Origin: Chiloscyllium plagiosum
Taxonomy: Eukaryota
Reading direction: 5' to 3'
Assembly (NCBI RefSeq): GCF_004010195.1
Contig: NC_057718.1
Span: 84,733,730-84,792,227 of the forward strand
DNA: 58,498 nt
Part shown: one piece after another, positions 1 to 13,125 of the stretch
Position numbering within the stretch: position 1 is the stretch's first letter
Layout of the letters: every line of letters begins with the position of its first letter
Program-made: the position numbers and the translations under genes
The notes under the pieces: generated by a model
Seen by the model: only the letters and a program-made list of their open reading frames with translations
Told to the model about the DNA's origin: nothing
Databases searched by the model: none

Positions 1-269
1 AACAGCTGCAATGTTTTCAGCAGCCAGGATTCTCTTCACTGAAAGTCCCTTCCCAATTATCTCCACCTGTCCATTTCTATTAAGAAATTGGTTACCCCTT
101 CCTAATGTCACAAGGAAGTTTTATGTTATAATGTATTAAGATTGATATTTTGATTTGTAAGCGTGTTCAATTTTGGAATAGGTAGAGACAGTTGCAGTTT
201 TGGTTTTATGTAGGTTTCAACTCACCCAGAGTTGAGGGAGCAAAATAAATAGATGTCAGCCAGACCTGC

Positions 270-1215
270 ACCTTAGGCAAAGACAATTGGATGTGAATAT
301 AGGAGGTATGGTTGGTAAATGTGCAGATTACACCAAAATTGGTGTAGTGGACAGCATAGAAAGTGACTTCAGAGTACAACAGGACCTTGATCAGGTGGGT
401 TGAGGAGTGGCAGATGGAGTTTGATCTAGATAAATGTGAGGTGCTACATTTGGTAGGGCAAATCAGGGCAGGTCTTATACACTTAATGGTAAGGTCCTGG
501 GGAGTGTTGCCGAACAAAGGGCCCTTGGAGTGCAGGTTCATAGTTTCTTGAAAGTAGAGTTGCAGGTAGATAGGATAGTGAAGGTGGTGTTTGGTATGCT
601 TTCCTTATTGGTCAGAGTATTGAGTACAGGAGTTGGGAGGTCATGTTGTGGCTGTACAGGACATTGGTTAGGCCACGTTTGGAATACTGCGTGCAATTCT
701 GGTCTCCTTGCTACAGGAAGGATGTTGTTAAACTTGAAAGAGTTCAGAAAAGATTTACAAGGATGTTGCCAGGGTTAGAGGATTTAAACTATAGGGAGAG
801 GCTGAGGGGTGAACTTATAGAGATTTATAAAATCATGAGGGGCATGGATAGGATGAATAATCTATTCTCTGGGGTAAATTTGCAGATTACACCAAAATTG
901 GCGTAGTGAACAGCGTAGAAAGTGGGGTCCAAAACTAGAGAGCTTAGATTAAGGTGAGGGGGAAAGATTTAAAAGGGACCTAAGGGGCAACTGTTTCATG
1001 CAGAGGGTGGTGCATGTTTAGAATGAATTGACAGAGGAAGTGGTGGAGGCTAGTACAATTACAACATTTAAAAAGCATCTGGATGGGTATATGAATAAGA
1101 AGGGTTCAGAGGGAGAGGCCAAATGTTAGCAAATGAGACAAGACTAATTTAGGATATCTGGTCGGTATGGACGAGTTGGACCAAAGGGTCTGTTTCTATG
1201 CTGTATATCTCTATG
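270..1215 (+). mobile_element. CR1 (HER1-like) LINE, 5'-truncated, degenerate
   Basis: RT C-terminal peptides LYRTLVRPRLEYCVQFWSP..LERVQKRFTRMLPGL and a ctctatg-type tail. Confidence 0.9.
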
Positions 1216-1476
1216 CTTCGATGATAATTGTAACCTTATTGTGAGAATACTGTGGGAGCTCATGCTCAGTTGAAGAAAGAGTTGTGAGGGGGAAAAGAGG
1301 CTAGAAGATCTGCCTACCTTGGAGTTGGAAGATGACATCGACAGGAAACTAATTGGGCAAAAACAGTTCAGCTTGGGAACAAGCAAAGTGAAGCAGCTTG
1401 TCAAGTACTGTAAAGCAATTGTTGGACTAAAAGGTTTACAGAAAGTGAGGAGACAGGGTGTAAGCAACCTGTATTA

Positions 1477-1618
1477 AAGCAAATCCTGGGTGTACTGGAA
1501 ATCTGAAATGAAAACAGAGTGCTGGAGAAACTCAGTGAGTTAACCTGAAGAATTTAACTGTCTCCCTTTCCATAGATGCTGCCAGATCTGCTAAATTTTG
1601 CCAGCACTTTCTGCTTTA
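1477..1618. mobile_element. PLE-derived short element, family 3, inverted/rearranged, degenerate
   Basis: cagagtgctggagaaactcag arm and the complementary ctgctaaattttgccagcactttctg arm; related to 55545-55675. Confidence 0.5.
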
Positions 1619-2616
1619 ATTAAACCACCTTGTATCTGTCCAAAAAACAACAACAAATGGAACTGGGATGTTCTGATTTTTAAATTGCTAAATATGAAAG
1701 GAATGAGGTTCAAGGTTGAACTCAGAAGTCATCACTTATGGTATTTTATAGAAAATGTTATACAGTTACCAAACCACAAGCAAACTTCAGGATCCTCATT
1801 GCATCTCATAATTTGGAGAATAACTGGCACATTAAGCAGAAGACAAAGAGAATTCCAGAGAGCTTTGGCATTCTTGGTTTGGTCCAGATGAAGAGGTGAA
1901 TGAACCCTCAAGACTGTGAAATCAAGCAGTCAAATCGGAGACTGAATAAGAACTCTTGATTAAAAGTCTTGACAAACTACAGTGTTACGTTACTTGCTTT
2001 GTTTTTATTATCTCACAGTAAACATTACATCTTTTGGTGTAGTTCTTCCAGTTACTCACTGGATGCTCAAATTTCTGTTTAGTTACTGTTCTCAATAGAA
2101 TTCTTAACACCAATAGCCTCTTCTTGCAATAAAAAGTGTGTTTATACTGTACATTATCTTTTTGGAATGCAGAATGTAGGAGCTTGGGTTTCTATAAGGA
2201 TTTGAATTGATCTGATTTATTATTATCATGTGTATCGAGAATACAGTGAAAAGTAGTGTTTTGCGTGCCATGCAGGCAAAAACATACCTTACGTAGGTCC
2301 ATTAGAGTAATAGAATACAATGCAAAAAAAAGTAGAACGATTATAATAGATGAGTCCAGTCTGAACTGAAATTTGTATCAAATTTGTGATTAATTTAGGT
2401 GCAGAAAAGATTCAGGAGAATGTGTCCAGAATTATGAACTTTTGTTATAATAATAGATTGAAGAAGTTGGAACTGTTTCCTTGGAGAACAAAAGTCGAGG
2501 GGAGGTTTGTAAAAAGGTACAAACACAGAATTCCAGGAAACTCAGCCATTGCTTTAAACAAAAATGTATTCATATTCATGAGGGGCCTGGACAAAGTGAA
2601 TAGGAAGAAAATATTG

Positions 2617-2905
2617 GATGGCACCATGGCTCAGTGGTTAGCACTGCTGCCTCACAGCAACAGGGTCCCAGGTTGGATTCCAGCCTCAGGCGACTGTCTG
2701 TGTTGGGTTTTTAACATTCTCCCTGTGTCTGCATGGGTTTCCTCCCACAGTCCAAAAATGTGCAGATCAGGTGAATTGGCCATGCTCAATTGCCCATAGT
2801 GTTAGGTGCATTAGTCAGAGGGAAATGGGTCTGGGTGGGTCTCGGTGTGGACTGGTTGGGCTGAAGGGCCTGTTTCTGCACTGTAGGGAATCTAATCTAA
2901 TCTAA
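2617..2905 (+). mobile_element. HE1-type tRNA-derived V-SINE
   Basis: A box tggctcagtgg, B-box-like ggttggattcc, V-domain-like core, CR1-like tail, (tctaa)n end. Confidence 0.85.
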
Positions 2906-3253
2906 AATACTCCAAGTGGCGAAGGCACAGTGGTGCCTCGGAATCCGAATTTAGTTCGTTCCAGGAGGCTGTTTGGATTGCGAAAAGTTCGGATTCTGAA
3001 ACTATTTTCGCCATATGAAATAATGGAAAGTGAACTAATCCGTTTCTGGACCCAATAAAACACATTTCCAAGACAGTTTTAACTGCAAATACACATGGTT
3101 AAGGTAAAGTAAGATGAGTAAATGACCTAAATATCAAGTAATAATAATAAAAACAAGAAATAAATGTACTAACATGAAAATAACTTCATATACCTTAGTG
3201 AGGAGTGCTAATGGTGCATGTGGAAGCTGGAGAGGAGGAAGGAGGGAGAGGGT

Positions 3254-5125
3254 TTACTGCTTGGAAGGTGAGTCACCTTCCATAATTACATCAGGTAATT
3301 ATGCCTCTGCTGTTTGCTCTCTTTGTCTCTTCATTGTCGTAACACTAAGACCACTTGTAGAGGGCTCACTGGACTGGCTTTCTTTAGAGGTAAAAACAAT
3401 GACTGCAGATGCTGGAAACCAGAGTTTTGATTAGAGTGGTGCTGGAAAAGCACAGCAGTTCATTTAGAGTGGTTCTGGAAAGCTTTCTTTAGAGAACCAC
3501 CTTTCCAAAATTGTCTGGTGTTGGCGACTTTTCTGAATTTTTCTGAAGTGGTCAATCACATTGACATTGAACATGTTTATGCTCCTGTTGACCACTGCCT
3601 TGTTAGGATGCCACTTTCCAACAATGGCCTGTGTTTTAGACCACAGGAAGCATAGTTCCTTAATTTCAGCACTGGAAATGTTTCTTCCTCTTCCTCCTCT
3701 GACGAAATTTCCTCTGCCACTTCTTTTTGCTGTGTCTTGTGGAGGTGCTGAAGTTATTCTGTGGTGAGTTCATTCTTGTGATCCTCCACATCCTCTTCAC
3801 TCACCTCCAAGCCCATGGACTTGCCCAGAGACACAATAACAGGCAGAACAGGTGGTTCTTTGAAGCCTTCAAAGTCTCTCCCTGCAACACATTCAGGCCA
3901 GAGTTTCTTCCAGGCAGAGATCATTGTCCTCAGAGACACTTCCACCTATGCTTTGTCTATGACTCTTAAGCAATGGAGGACATCTTTCCAAAAGTCTGAG
4001 GGTTAGTTCAGTCTTGTTTGTCACCTCAAAGCATCTCTGGAACATAGCCTTGGTGTACAGTTTTTTGAAATTTGAGATAACTTGCTGGTCCATGGGTGGA
4101 TGAGAAGAGTGGTATGGGGGGGGGGGGGGGCAAGAACTTCACCTTGATGAAGCTAAATCCGCCCACCAAATCTTCTTCCAAGCCTGGAGGATGAGCAGGA
4201 GCATTGTCCATCACAAGGAGAGCCTCAGGGGTAGATTCTTTTCCTCAAGATAAGCCTTCACAGACGGGGCAAACTCCTCATGAATCCCCTCAGTGAAGAA
4301 CTGCCTGGTAACCCATGCTTTCATGTTTACCTTCCACATAACATTAAGCTTGCTCTTCATAACATTGTTCTTTTTGAACACGTGGATTCTCTGAGTGGTA
4401 TACAAGCAAAGGCTTTATCTTGCAGTGTCTACTAGCATTACCACACAACAAGAGAGTAAGCCTGTTTTTCATTGGCTTATGGCCTGGTAAAGACTTCTCT
4501 TCCTTAGTTATATAGGTCCTCCTTGGCATCCTTTTTTCCAGAAGAGGCCTGTCTCATCACAATTGAACACCTGTTGTGCCACATACCCCTCAGTGTTCAC
4601 AAACTCACTAAATTTCTTCACAAAATTTGCCGCTGCATCCACATTCGAACTTGCAGCCTCTCGATGCATCACAACACTGTGGATCCCAGTTCTCTTCTTA
4701 AAGTTTTCAAACCACCACCTACTAGCCTTAAACTCATCACTATCAGCACTACTTCCAGGCACGTCTTTTTTAAGATCAGCATACAGGAGCCTGGGTTTCT
4801 CACAAATTATGCCCTCAGAGATGGGATCACCAACCAATTGTTTTTCGTTTATCCACACTAAGAGGAGTTTTTCCACCTCCTCTATAAACGTTGATCTCTA
4901 AGAGGTCACAGACGTAATACCTTTTGCCACATCAGCTGCTTTTATCACTTCTTTATTTTTCAGAATCGTACACACGGTCGATTTTGGCATCTCAAACATG
5001 GCAGCGAGATCAGACACACGCGTACCGCTCTCATGCTTAGCGATAAGTTCTTTCTTCAACTCAATTGTCATTCTCACGGACTTCCTCTTACTTTTATTTG
5101 CTACACTGCTCTTCTTGGGTGCCAT
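3254..5125 (-). pseudogene. Tigger transposase, frameshifted
   Basis: MAPKK start, psq and CENP-B HTH domains (FKASRWWFENFK), VFNCDETGLFWKK, MDNAPAHP, MDQQVISNFK, C-terminal EGDSPSKQ*; split over at least 7 ORFs. Confidence 0.92.
3390..3481 (-). mobile_element. PLE-derived short insert (family 1), no ribozyme core, nested in Tigger
   Basis: gactgcagatgctgg...gtggtgctggaaaagcacagcag; 13-bp TSD gctttctttagag at 3377-3389 and 3482-3494. Confidence 0.8.
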
Positions 5126-5639
5126 GGTGAATGCACAAGGGTGATCACTTAAAAATCCAGCACAAATCAAGGTGAAAACACGAGGTAAACTAGTGAAGGA
5201 CACACGAGAGATGCTTTCACGACTACTTCCGGGGACGAACTGAACAAAATGTGCGACCTGAACGGTATGTGGTGTTCGGATTCTGAAAATGTGTTTGGAT
5301 TTTAGGGCAAAATTTTCTCGTAATAATTGTTCGGATTCCGAGTTGTTCGAACAATAGGGCGTTCGGATTTCGAGGTCACCACTGTATTAGGAAGTGGAGA
5401 GCGCAGATATAAAAAGATTTGCAAAATTAGAAAAGGTGACCTGAAAAAAAAAACTGCCTGTCAATGTGGTAGAGACAATTTCAAAAGTTTTATTCAAAAT
5501 GGAATTAGACCGCCACTCACAAAGGAAGAATGTTATGGGAGACAATGGGCCAAATGGCCTCTTTCGGTACTGTAACACCTTCTTGTGATGTTCCTCCAAG
5601 CCAGCAGGGGCTGCAATCAGTAAAGCACAGTTTTAAGAG

Positions 5640-6500
5640 CGATGGTTTGCAAACCCTGCCCAGCTTCCTGTGCTGGAGGCGAAGTGGGAGAGGAGAGGTT
5701 GGTTTATACTTGCTGGAGTTCAGAGGTGAGAACCTCGGTCTGATTGAATGGTGAAGAGTAACATTCGCTTGCTACATTGTAACAAGGCGGCGAAGTATCA
5801 CAGCGATACCGACCTGGCCGATCAACACACGAGATACAATGGAGCCATGAAGATCACTGATCCTTACTCAGTGAGGCATGATAGAGAGGTTTGGGAGGAA
5901 GGTAAAGTGAAGTGAGAGCAAGGGCAAGAAAGAAAAAGCGGTAAGATTGAAAAAAAAAACATATTTTCCATTCACCCCGGCTCTCATAGGAATCTTAAAA
6001 CACGAATATTTACAACAGTTAAGTTATTCAAGGGCTCACTTGAAGAGTTGCCTCGGTTCCCATGGTGAAGCGTTGTCTGTCCCTCCCTCGCCGTTCTGAA
6101 AAAAAGGTTTTATTTCCCCCTGTAGCCGGGAGGCACGTCCTTCAAAACCTTCATTTAAAATAAACTTTTCAGGTGTTGTATTTAACGATCATCCCACCTC
6201 ATTAATTTCCCGCGTGCCTCGTCCGTTTTTAACAGCGGACAATGAAATGCTCTCCAGTCCAAGCAAAAACAAAATGTACAGTTTGCTCGTATGTCTAATT
6301 TTTTTTTTAAAAATGTAACATTTTGGGTTTGCTCCAACCAATCGAGAAGGGCACCGTCTCCAGCTATGCTGCAACGTGTTTCTGAGGTTCATCTCTGAAT
6401 TTTGCTGGGCGTGTTGCCAAAATTCCTTAACGTAAAGTTCTGTCTACCAGAATTTCTTTTAAATTAAGGCTTGAAATTTAGCTTTCTCCGCCGTTACCGA
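5640..6500. promoter_or_regulatory. Candidate CpG-enriched promoter / first-exon region
   Basis: Non-repeat sequence with visibly more CpG than its flanks, a CCAAT near 6338, and splice-donor-like motifs on both strands (5902, 5941 on +; 6039 on -). Confidence 0.4.
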
Positions 6501-6581
6501 TCCTCTGGTCAAAAAATAAGCAGAATTCGACCTGCTATTGTTTTTTTTTCTCTCAACAATGTTGTACTCCTGTCTTGAGTC

Positions 6582-7110
6582 ATTTTTATTTCAAATATAT
6601 ATTTTCTCATAAAACCATTTGTAAATCCATACAAATGCTCTAACTCAATTCTGTATAGTCTTTGTTTTAGAAAACAAACATTGAAATTTTGACATTCCGA
6701 CCTATCCGGAGTCACACCTTTTTTATTTCAAAAATATACTTCATTCATGAAGGTATTTTTTTTATATATATACAGTCACAAACACAGTTCGGTCCGGGAT
6801 ATTAGCATATCCAGGAAACAAACATTCGAATTTGACTCTTCAAAATCTTTCTTGAACCAGGCTATACTTGCATGCATTTGAAGCACCAGGAAGGTCCGAT
6901 AACTGAAGGGACCCCCATTTAACTTCAGCCTGGAGTCGTACTTCTTTTATTTTAAAAAAAATACACGTTATTCAGAAAAGATCAATGAATATACATAGTC
7001 ACAAATGCAGTTCGGTTCTGTACAGTAGCATATCAAGGAAACAAACAAACAATGGAGTTTGACTTTATTCAAACACCAGTTCACTTTAAAAGCCAGTTCA
7101 AAGTTGGATT
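6582..7110 (-). mobile_element. Three stacked Tx1/L1-type 3'-end fragments
   Basis: Three tttttatttcaaaaatatac-like poly(A) ends (about 6582, 6719, 6944), the same as the ends at 56219 and 57660. Confidence 0.6.
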
Positions 7111-8569
7111 TTTGTTTTGTTTAATGTTATTTACTATCCTGAATTATATACCACTTTTGGCTGGAGGTGACACCATAAAGCTTTATAGTATTTCGTATAA
7201 CAGTACCAGTGTGAATGCATCATTAAGGGTTTGAGGAATTAATACAATTAGGAGTAAAAGATTCTTTCAGTTTTTTTTCCCATCTAAGTAGCAGAAGGTA
7301 TTTGATAGTATTACAGTTTTGCGAAAAACCAAGGAGAAAATCCACTTGAAGCTCTATTGAGAATTTTAGTTTAGATGACAAAATTTTGCTAAATGGCCCA
7401 CGTGCATGTGGGTCTTCAAATAATGCACAGCAAATAATGCAAAATGTAATGAAGTCTCCATATGCCAAAGTCTGTAAAATAATTTGCATTATACATGAAT
7501 ATGCTTGTTTCTGTACTGACATGTTGGGAAAATACCACATTCCACAGGAATTCTTTTTAATTTTAATTTCTTTAGGAAATCATTGTTAGTTTGAAAAAGT
7601 CCAGTTTTTCCATAGCTATCTTTAAAAGGTAAATAATATTAGAATATGAAAATTAGTTTGGTCCAAAAAAGGCAATAGTTATTTATTTTTCCTTGATTTA
7701 TGTTCTCCTTTCCACCATCTCCTTTTCTGTTCAGTCTGCACAGCCAATGAGTTGGACTGTACAAACAATATATCTTGAACTAAGGTTGGATTTGGAAACA
7801 CTTGTGCATTTTTTTTCTTAGTCTCTTTAGTTTTCTTTTCCAAATGATGTCTCTAGTGTTAAAATAATTTGGAGATTTTCAGAAAAAGTACAAGTCTCTG
7901 AATTCCATGGAAAGAAAATAATGTCATGTCCAGCATGATAAATAATATTATATTCTAGAGAACATGTGAGAATCTTGATCCATATATCTAAAGCATTAGA
8001 GTTTCCAATATATATCTGAACTCTGATTTGATTGCTTTTAAACAAGGTATATATATGTATAGGTTTATAAGATAACTTCTGATAATATGATGGATGAATG
8101 GACTCAGACTGTAATAGTTTATGCTAATGGCTCAATCATCAAATATTTAAAGAACCAAATTGAAAGCCACTCAATTCAACTGATAAACGTTTCAATTTTT
8201 GTAATAACTTTCATGATTTATAATGTAACTTAAAATAAAATGGTACCACAATATTATTAACTGTTTCATATCAGGAAAGTTACTACTATACCTGTGTTTA
8301 GAGGTCATTCTTGAGATTAAATTGCGCCACAAACTAACTTCTCTCTATAGCCATAACTTCCCCTCCAGTCCTACAGTCCTCTAAATGGCAACTTGTGGAG
8401 CCCTGTTTCACTTGTCTGATCATTACTGATCACTCTCAAACTTTACTTAATTGCATGCCACCTTTCGGGTCAATTGGCTGTCCATGTTTCCAGCGCACAA
8501 GTTGAATTTTTTTTTAACAACTTTAGGCCTGGGCGCCAAAAGGAGGGGAAAGGCGGTCTCATGGAGATA

Positions 8570-8686
8570 GAGAATTGCAGATGCTAGAAAGTCAGAGTCA
8601 ATAAAATGTGGAGCTAGAAAAAGGACAGTAGGTCAAGCAGCAACAGAAGAACAGGGGAGTTGATATTTCGCTAAGATCCTTCATCA
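8570..8686 (-). mobile_element. Old PLE family 1-like short element with decayed hammerhead motif
   Basis: tgcagatgctag...ggtcaagcagc; minus strand reads TTGATGAAGGATCTTAGCGAAATATC. Confidence 0.6.
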
Positions 8687-10029
8687 ACACCCAATGTGGT
8701 GGTCTGCCAGTGTGGAAGTCTTGGCCTTATGTAGGGCTGGTCTTCATCTTGAGCGTCCAGATATTCCAGCAGCCCAGCAAACAGCCTTGTCCAGGAGTGA
8801 CGGTCTCGGCCCAGCATGATGGCCGCCTTTGGAGGTTTCTGGTCCAATAGTCCACTGGACTGGCATAGCGGTCTTATCCTGGCTGTGTCTTCAGGGTATT
8901 CCACTATTCATTAATTGGCTTTCCACAAGCCCAGCAGCCGTTAACTAAACTGTGATGAACTTTATCTTGATATCTCGTTTTAAAAATAATTATATATGAC
9001 TTCTGTCATTGATGTCAATGCTGTGGTGGGGTGACTTATAAACATTTTCACTGTATTTTTCACGTGACAATAAATTTCTATTCTATTCAATACTAACTTT
9101 AATACCCAAGCATTCTACAAAATGTATGCATTAAAATACACACCTTAATCAATGACTTAGTGCTGCTAATTGCCATTAATGTGATGAATGAAGTTTTTTC
9201 TTTGAACATAGGTGCCTTGGTGTCAAAATTTGTTCTAGGCAGTGGTGTGAAACAGGCTGTATTGGATGGGCTGCTAGTTATATTCTGTGTCTGTCAGTCA
9301 GTTTTATTTATATTGGTCAGATAGTGCCTGCTTTGCCCCACTATCTGGTATAAGTTTCTACCCCATAAATCATTTTATTAATTTATAGGATGTGAGCATC
9401 ATTGGTCTCCAGATCTTTAATTGTCATTGAGAAGAGGTGATGTGCTGCTGTTTTGAAATGCTGACATCCATGTGATGTAGATATATCCATAGTGCTGTTT
9501 GTATGAGAATTCCAGGACTTAGTTGATCTAGGGAGAGTGAGGGAATGGCTAATTTGTGGCTTAGAGGCAAACCTGCGAGTGGTGTTGTTCTCCTGTATCT
9601 GGCGTACTTGTCTTTCTATGTGGTAGAGATCATGGATTTAGGAGACGCTGGGAAAATAGTCTCGGTGAGCTGTTGCAGATGACACCCGTTGCTACCACTG
9701 TGTGTCAGTGGCGCAGGATGTGAATACTTGAGGTGCTGGACGAGATGTCAGTCATGTGGGCTGCTTTGTATGTGATGGTGTTATTTGAGCTTATTGAATG
9801 TTCATGGAGCTATCCAGTCAGGCAAGTATCCATCGCACCTCCTAACTTAGTCCATTTAGGTGGTAGGCAGACTTTGAGGAGTCAGGAGGTGAGTTATTCA
9901 CTGCAGAATTCCAGTCTCTGATCTGATTGGTGTGTTAGCTGAATACTTGAGTCATTAGTTATCTAATATGTTGGATCCTAATCCTAATGTTCTTGTATTG
10001 CATAATTAGACAACTAATCTTTGGTTGGC

Positions 10030-10170
10030 CATAGAGTCATAGAGATGTACAGCATGGAAACAGACCCTTTGGTCCAATCCGTCCATGCCGACCAGATATC
10101 CCAACCCAATCTAGTCCCACCTGCCAGCACCTGGCCCATATCCCTCCAAACCCTTCCTATTCACATACAA
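10030..10170 (-). mobile_element. CR1 3'-end fragment
   Basis: atagagtcatagagatgtacagc tail, the same as at 20538 and 34838. Confidence 0.85.
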
Positions 10171-11118
10171 TCCTGCTGATCACCAACCCAAAATATATCT
10201 CCTTCTCACTTCATTCAGAAATATTTTGTTTTAATTGTTGCCAGTGACTATGGGAATATCTGCTATTTGCTGTCACTAAACACCATGCTAAGAAAAACAG
10301 ATAAAAGATGAAAATAAACTCTGCTCCTTTAGAATCATACAATTTGGAAGAAGACCATATATAACTGATGTAGATTTTCATATAATAAGGTAAAACGTGA
10401 TAGCAATACCAAGTCCTATGGGGCTTAAATCACCTTGTCTCCCATCAGAAAAACATCCATTCACCACTTCTTGTATTTCAAACCAATTTTGCACCAAACT
10501 TACTTTTGAAATCTGCAGGTATAAAACCTGATATGGGAAATTATGTAAAATGGACAGGGTTTGATCACCTAAGCTGTTCCTTAGCGATAAAATTGGGTAT
10601 TCAAATGCACTGGAGTCAATGGAGGCTGTGTGAAATGGTTTTCCCTCCTATCACTCATTTTGTGCCAATGTCTGGGACAAATCCTTAACCCCATTTGTAC
10701 AGCATCTATGGATTACCATCATCAGATGGTCCATAAGATAACTCATTCAGGTTTGTCAGACACATTTGCATATAATAATTCTGTGCTGATATCCTTTATT
10801 AACCTGTGGTTCTCCACCACTGATTTCAAGTTTGCATTCTGGCCACTCAGAGACAGACTAAAACGAACTATGCGTATCCTTACCAACCCCTTTGACTATT
10901 TGATACCAAACTAAATTTCAATTCCCATCACCTATTTTTGCCTTTAAAAAATTGCTGCCCCTCTGTCACTGAGATCTCGGTCCTTGATTATTAAAAACAA
11001 AAATGCCCATCTTCCAAAACATGCCACTTGTTCAAAATGCAGCAACTAGTACAGTGGTATCTGTCCTGTATGAAGTTCCATTGACTAGTCATTGACTAAT
11101 TTCCCTTTGACCCCCCTA

Positions 11119-11160
11119 CATATTAACATTAAATGACATTAACATTAACATTAACATTAC
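11119..11160. repeat. (ACATTA)n microsatellite
   Basis: About 7 imperfect hexamer units. Confidence 0.8.
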
Positions 11161-12969
11161 CATTTTCCTTCATGGCCTTGCTGCCCCTATCTGTAAAATG
11201 CCTCCAAGTTTTATATTCCCTCCTGCTGCATCCTTCAGCTCCTTCAGTTCTCTTTTCTGCAATTAACTTACCAGATGTGGTTTATTTAATGGCATTGCCT
11301 CCAATATTTGGCTGTGGTCCTCCACGTGTCCACCAGTCTCTCCTTTAAAAGTTTTCTCAAAACCCATCATTTTGGTCATGCCTTGCTGATCTGTTTCTCT
11401 ATTGCATGTAGTACTTTTCTTTTCAACCTCTATGAATTTTCTTGGTACTTTTTCAAATATTTTGTTAATGGACTGTTAAATCATATGCAAATTTTCTGAT
11501 TCTGTGATATTGATAGTTACACTTGATTACAAAAACAAACTCTGAATTTCTTGCTTAAATTGGTGAATGTGCCCACGCTGAAGTGGTGTTGGGAAATGAA
11601 CAGCATTGCTGGTTCTACTTAGCTCTTTAGTAGTCGGCAACAGCAGGATCCTGAAATGACTCGGCTTCTTGCTGCTTGCAGGGCAAATGAAATACTTCCC
11701 CACACTTCAGCCTGGAGTCGTGGGGTTTTCCGAAGCCTGTTGTTGCCAGTTGAAGTCAGTGGGTGGGAGCAGTGGTCCCACTTGCTCTTCCAAAGCCATC
11801 TCTAACTAGGTGTCCCATGGTCTCAAGAAACCACATTGTGATCAATTGCTTAGCCAGCTTCTCCAATCAGTTAAGTGTGGAAATTAGGCTCCTTTGCTTG
11901 GGTCATGCATTGCTTTGAATAACCAGCTCATTTCCAGAAAGTTTGGTAGTGAATGAGTCCTCTGAGGAGATTTCTGACCTGTGCGAGTAAGCTTATATCA
12001 AAGGCTGGAAATCAAAGATCTCTTTCCTGGGTCCAATCCACTAGGCCATTACCATATGTTCTTGTGTTTTGAAGAAAAATACAATTGGTTAGCAAACATT
12101 CACTGGAAAATATTTTAATTTCTTTTATTTTTATACATGTGAAATGAAAAATTGATTAAAGGAAAAACCTGGGTAAATATTTGTGCTGGCCCTCAAATCC
12201 ACCAATAGACAATTCTCTTGTGTAGATCAGGTGTGTGCCAGTTTTGGAACACCTAATGTAGACTCTAGGCCATCTCTGGTATTCCCTCCCTAAACTACCT
12301 GATTAACAATACTCCATAAAAATTAAAACTTTGACCAAACGTTTTGTTACCTGTGCTATTGTCTCCTCTGGCTTAGTATCAATTTTCTGATTTCTAGCAG
12401 CCTTCAAAAGGATGCAATGTTTCACTGTTAAAAGTGCTGTATAAATGCAGTTTTCTTTTGTTCCCTGTTCGAACCTATTTCATTGACCCTAGCTGAATGT
12501 TTGACCCAAGGTGTGTTGCAGAATAGAAAATTAAACTAGAACCCTGCTCATGGTTATTACTATCCAGTGATCCACCACTTGATCTAAGCATTGTTTGAGC
12601 TTGGGATTTGGCCTAGACCAGAGAGTTTTCTGACATTTGTTATCAAGGCATAATTATCTACCAGTCTCTGTGGTCGGAAATGCTGTTGAGGATATTAGTG
12701 AGAATATCACTTGATTGCAAGCAAAACTTAAAAAAAAATGCTTGACACATGTAAACTGAAATGACAAGTTGAAAACTAAGTTGGATTCCTGTGGAAATTA
12801 TTACAAAGTAGATTTCACAAAGTACTAGCAACAAATATTTGAATATATCTTTGGGATGTCTGAGTGTGTTACAGCAAGTGGAGTACATCCATGCTTTAAT
12901 GCATTTAGGAAGAGCAGTTAATTTATCTGATAGTAATAAAGTAAATATCCAGGTAATTCTTTTTAAGAA

Positions 12970-13125
12970 ATAAAATTAGTTGAGAGATAAGTATTAATCT
13001 GGACATGAAAAGAAACATATGGCTTTTTGTTTGAACATAGAATTTCTAATTGAGAAGGCAGATTAGTTTAGCATCTCATCTGGAAGGGTACACCTCCAAC
13101 AGTGTGCCACTCCCTCAGCATAGAA
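12970..13125 (-). mobile_element. Degenerate DeuSINE (SacSINE1/AmnSINE1-like) core
   Basis: catctcatctggaagggtacacctccaacagtgtgccactccctcag is the reverse complement of a Deu-domain-like segment (recalled consensus). Confidence 0.5.

Larger units (their letters stand above)
2928..5384 (-). mobile_element. Tigger/pogo (Tc1-mariner superfamily) DNA transposon, full length
   Basis: TIRs cagtggtgcctcggaatccgaa / ttcggatttcgaggtcaccactg; TA on the right flank, CA on the left. Confidence 0.92.

Noticed and set aside
3254..5125. Domesticated TIGD gene
   Set aside because: Multiple frameshifts and stops, a nested insertion, and TIRs still present
6922..11721. Identical 18-mer acttcagcctggagtcgt at 6922-6939 and 11704-11721
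   Set aside because: No extension on either side; cannot be distinguished from chance or a small repeat fragment
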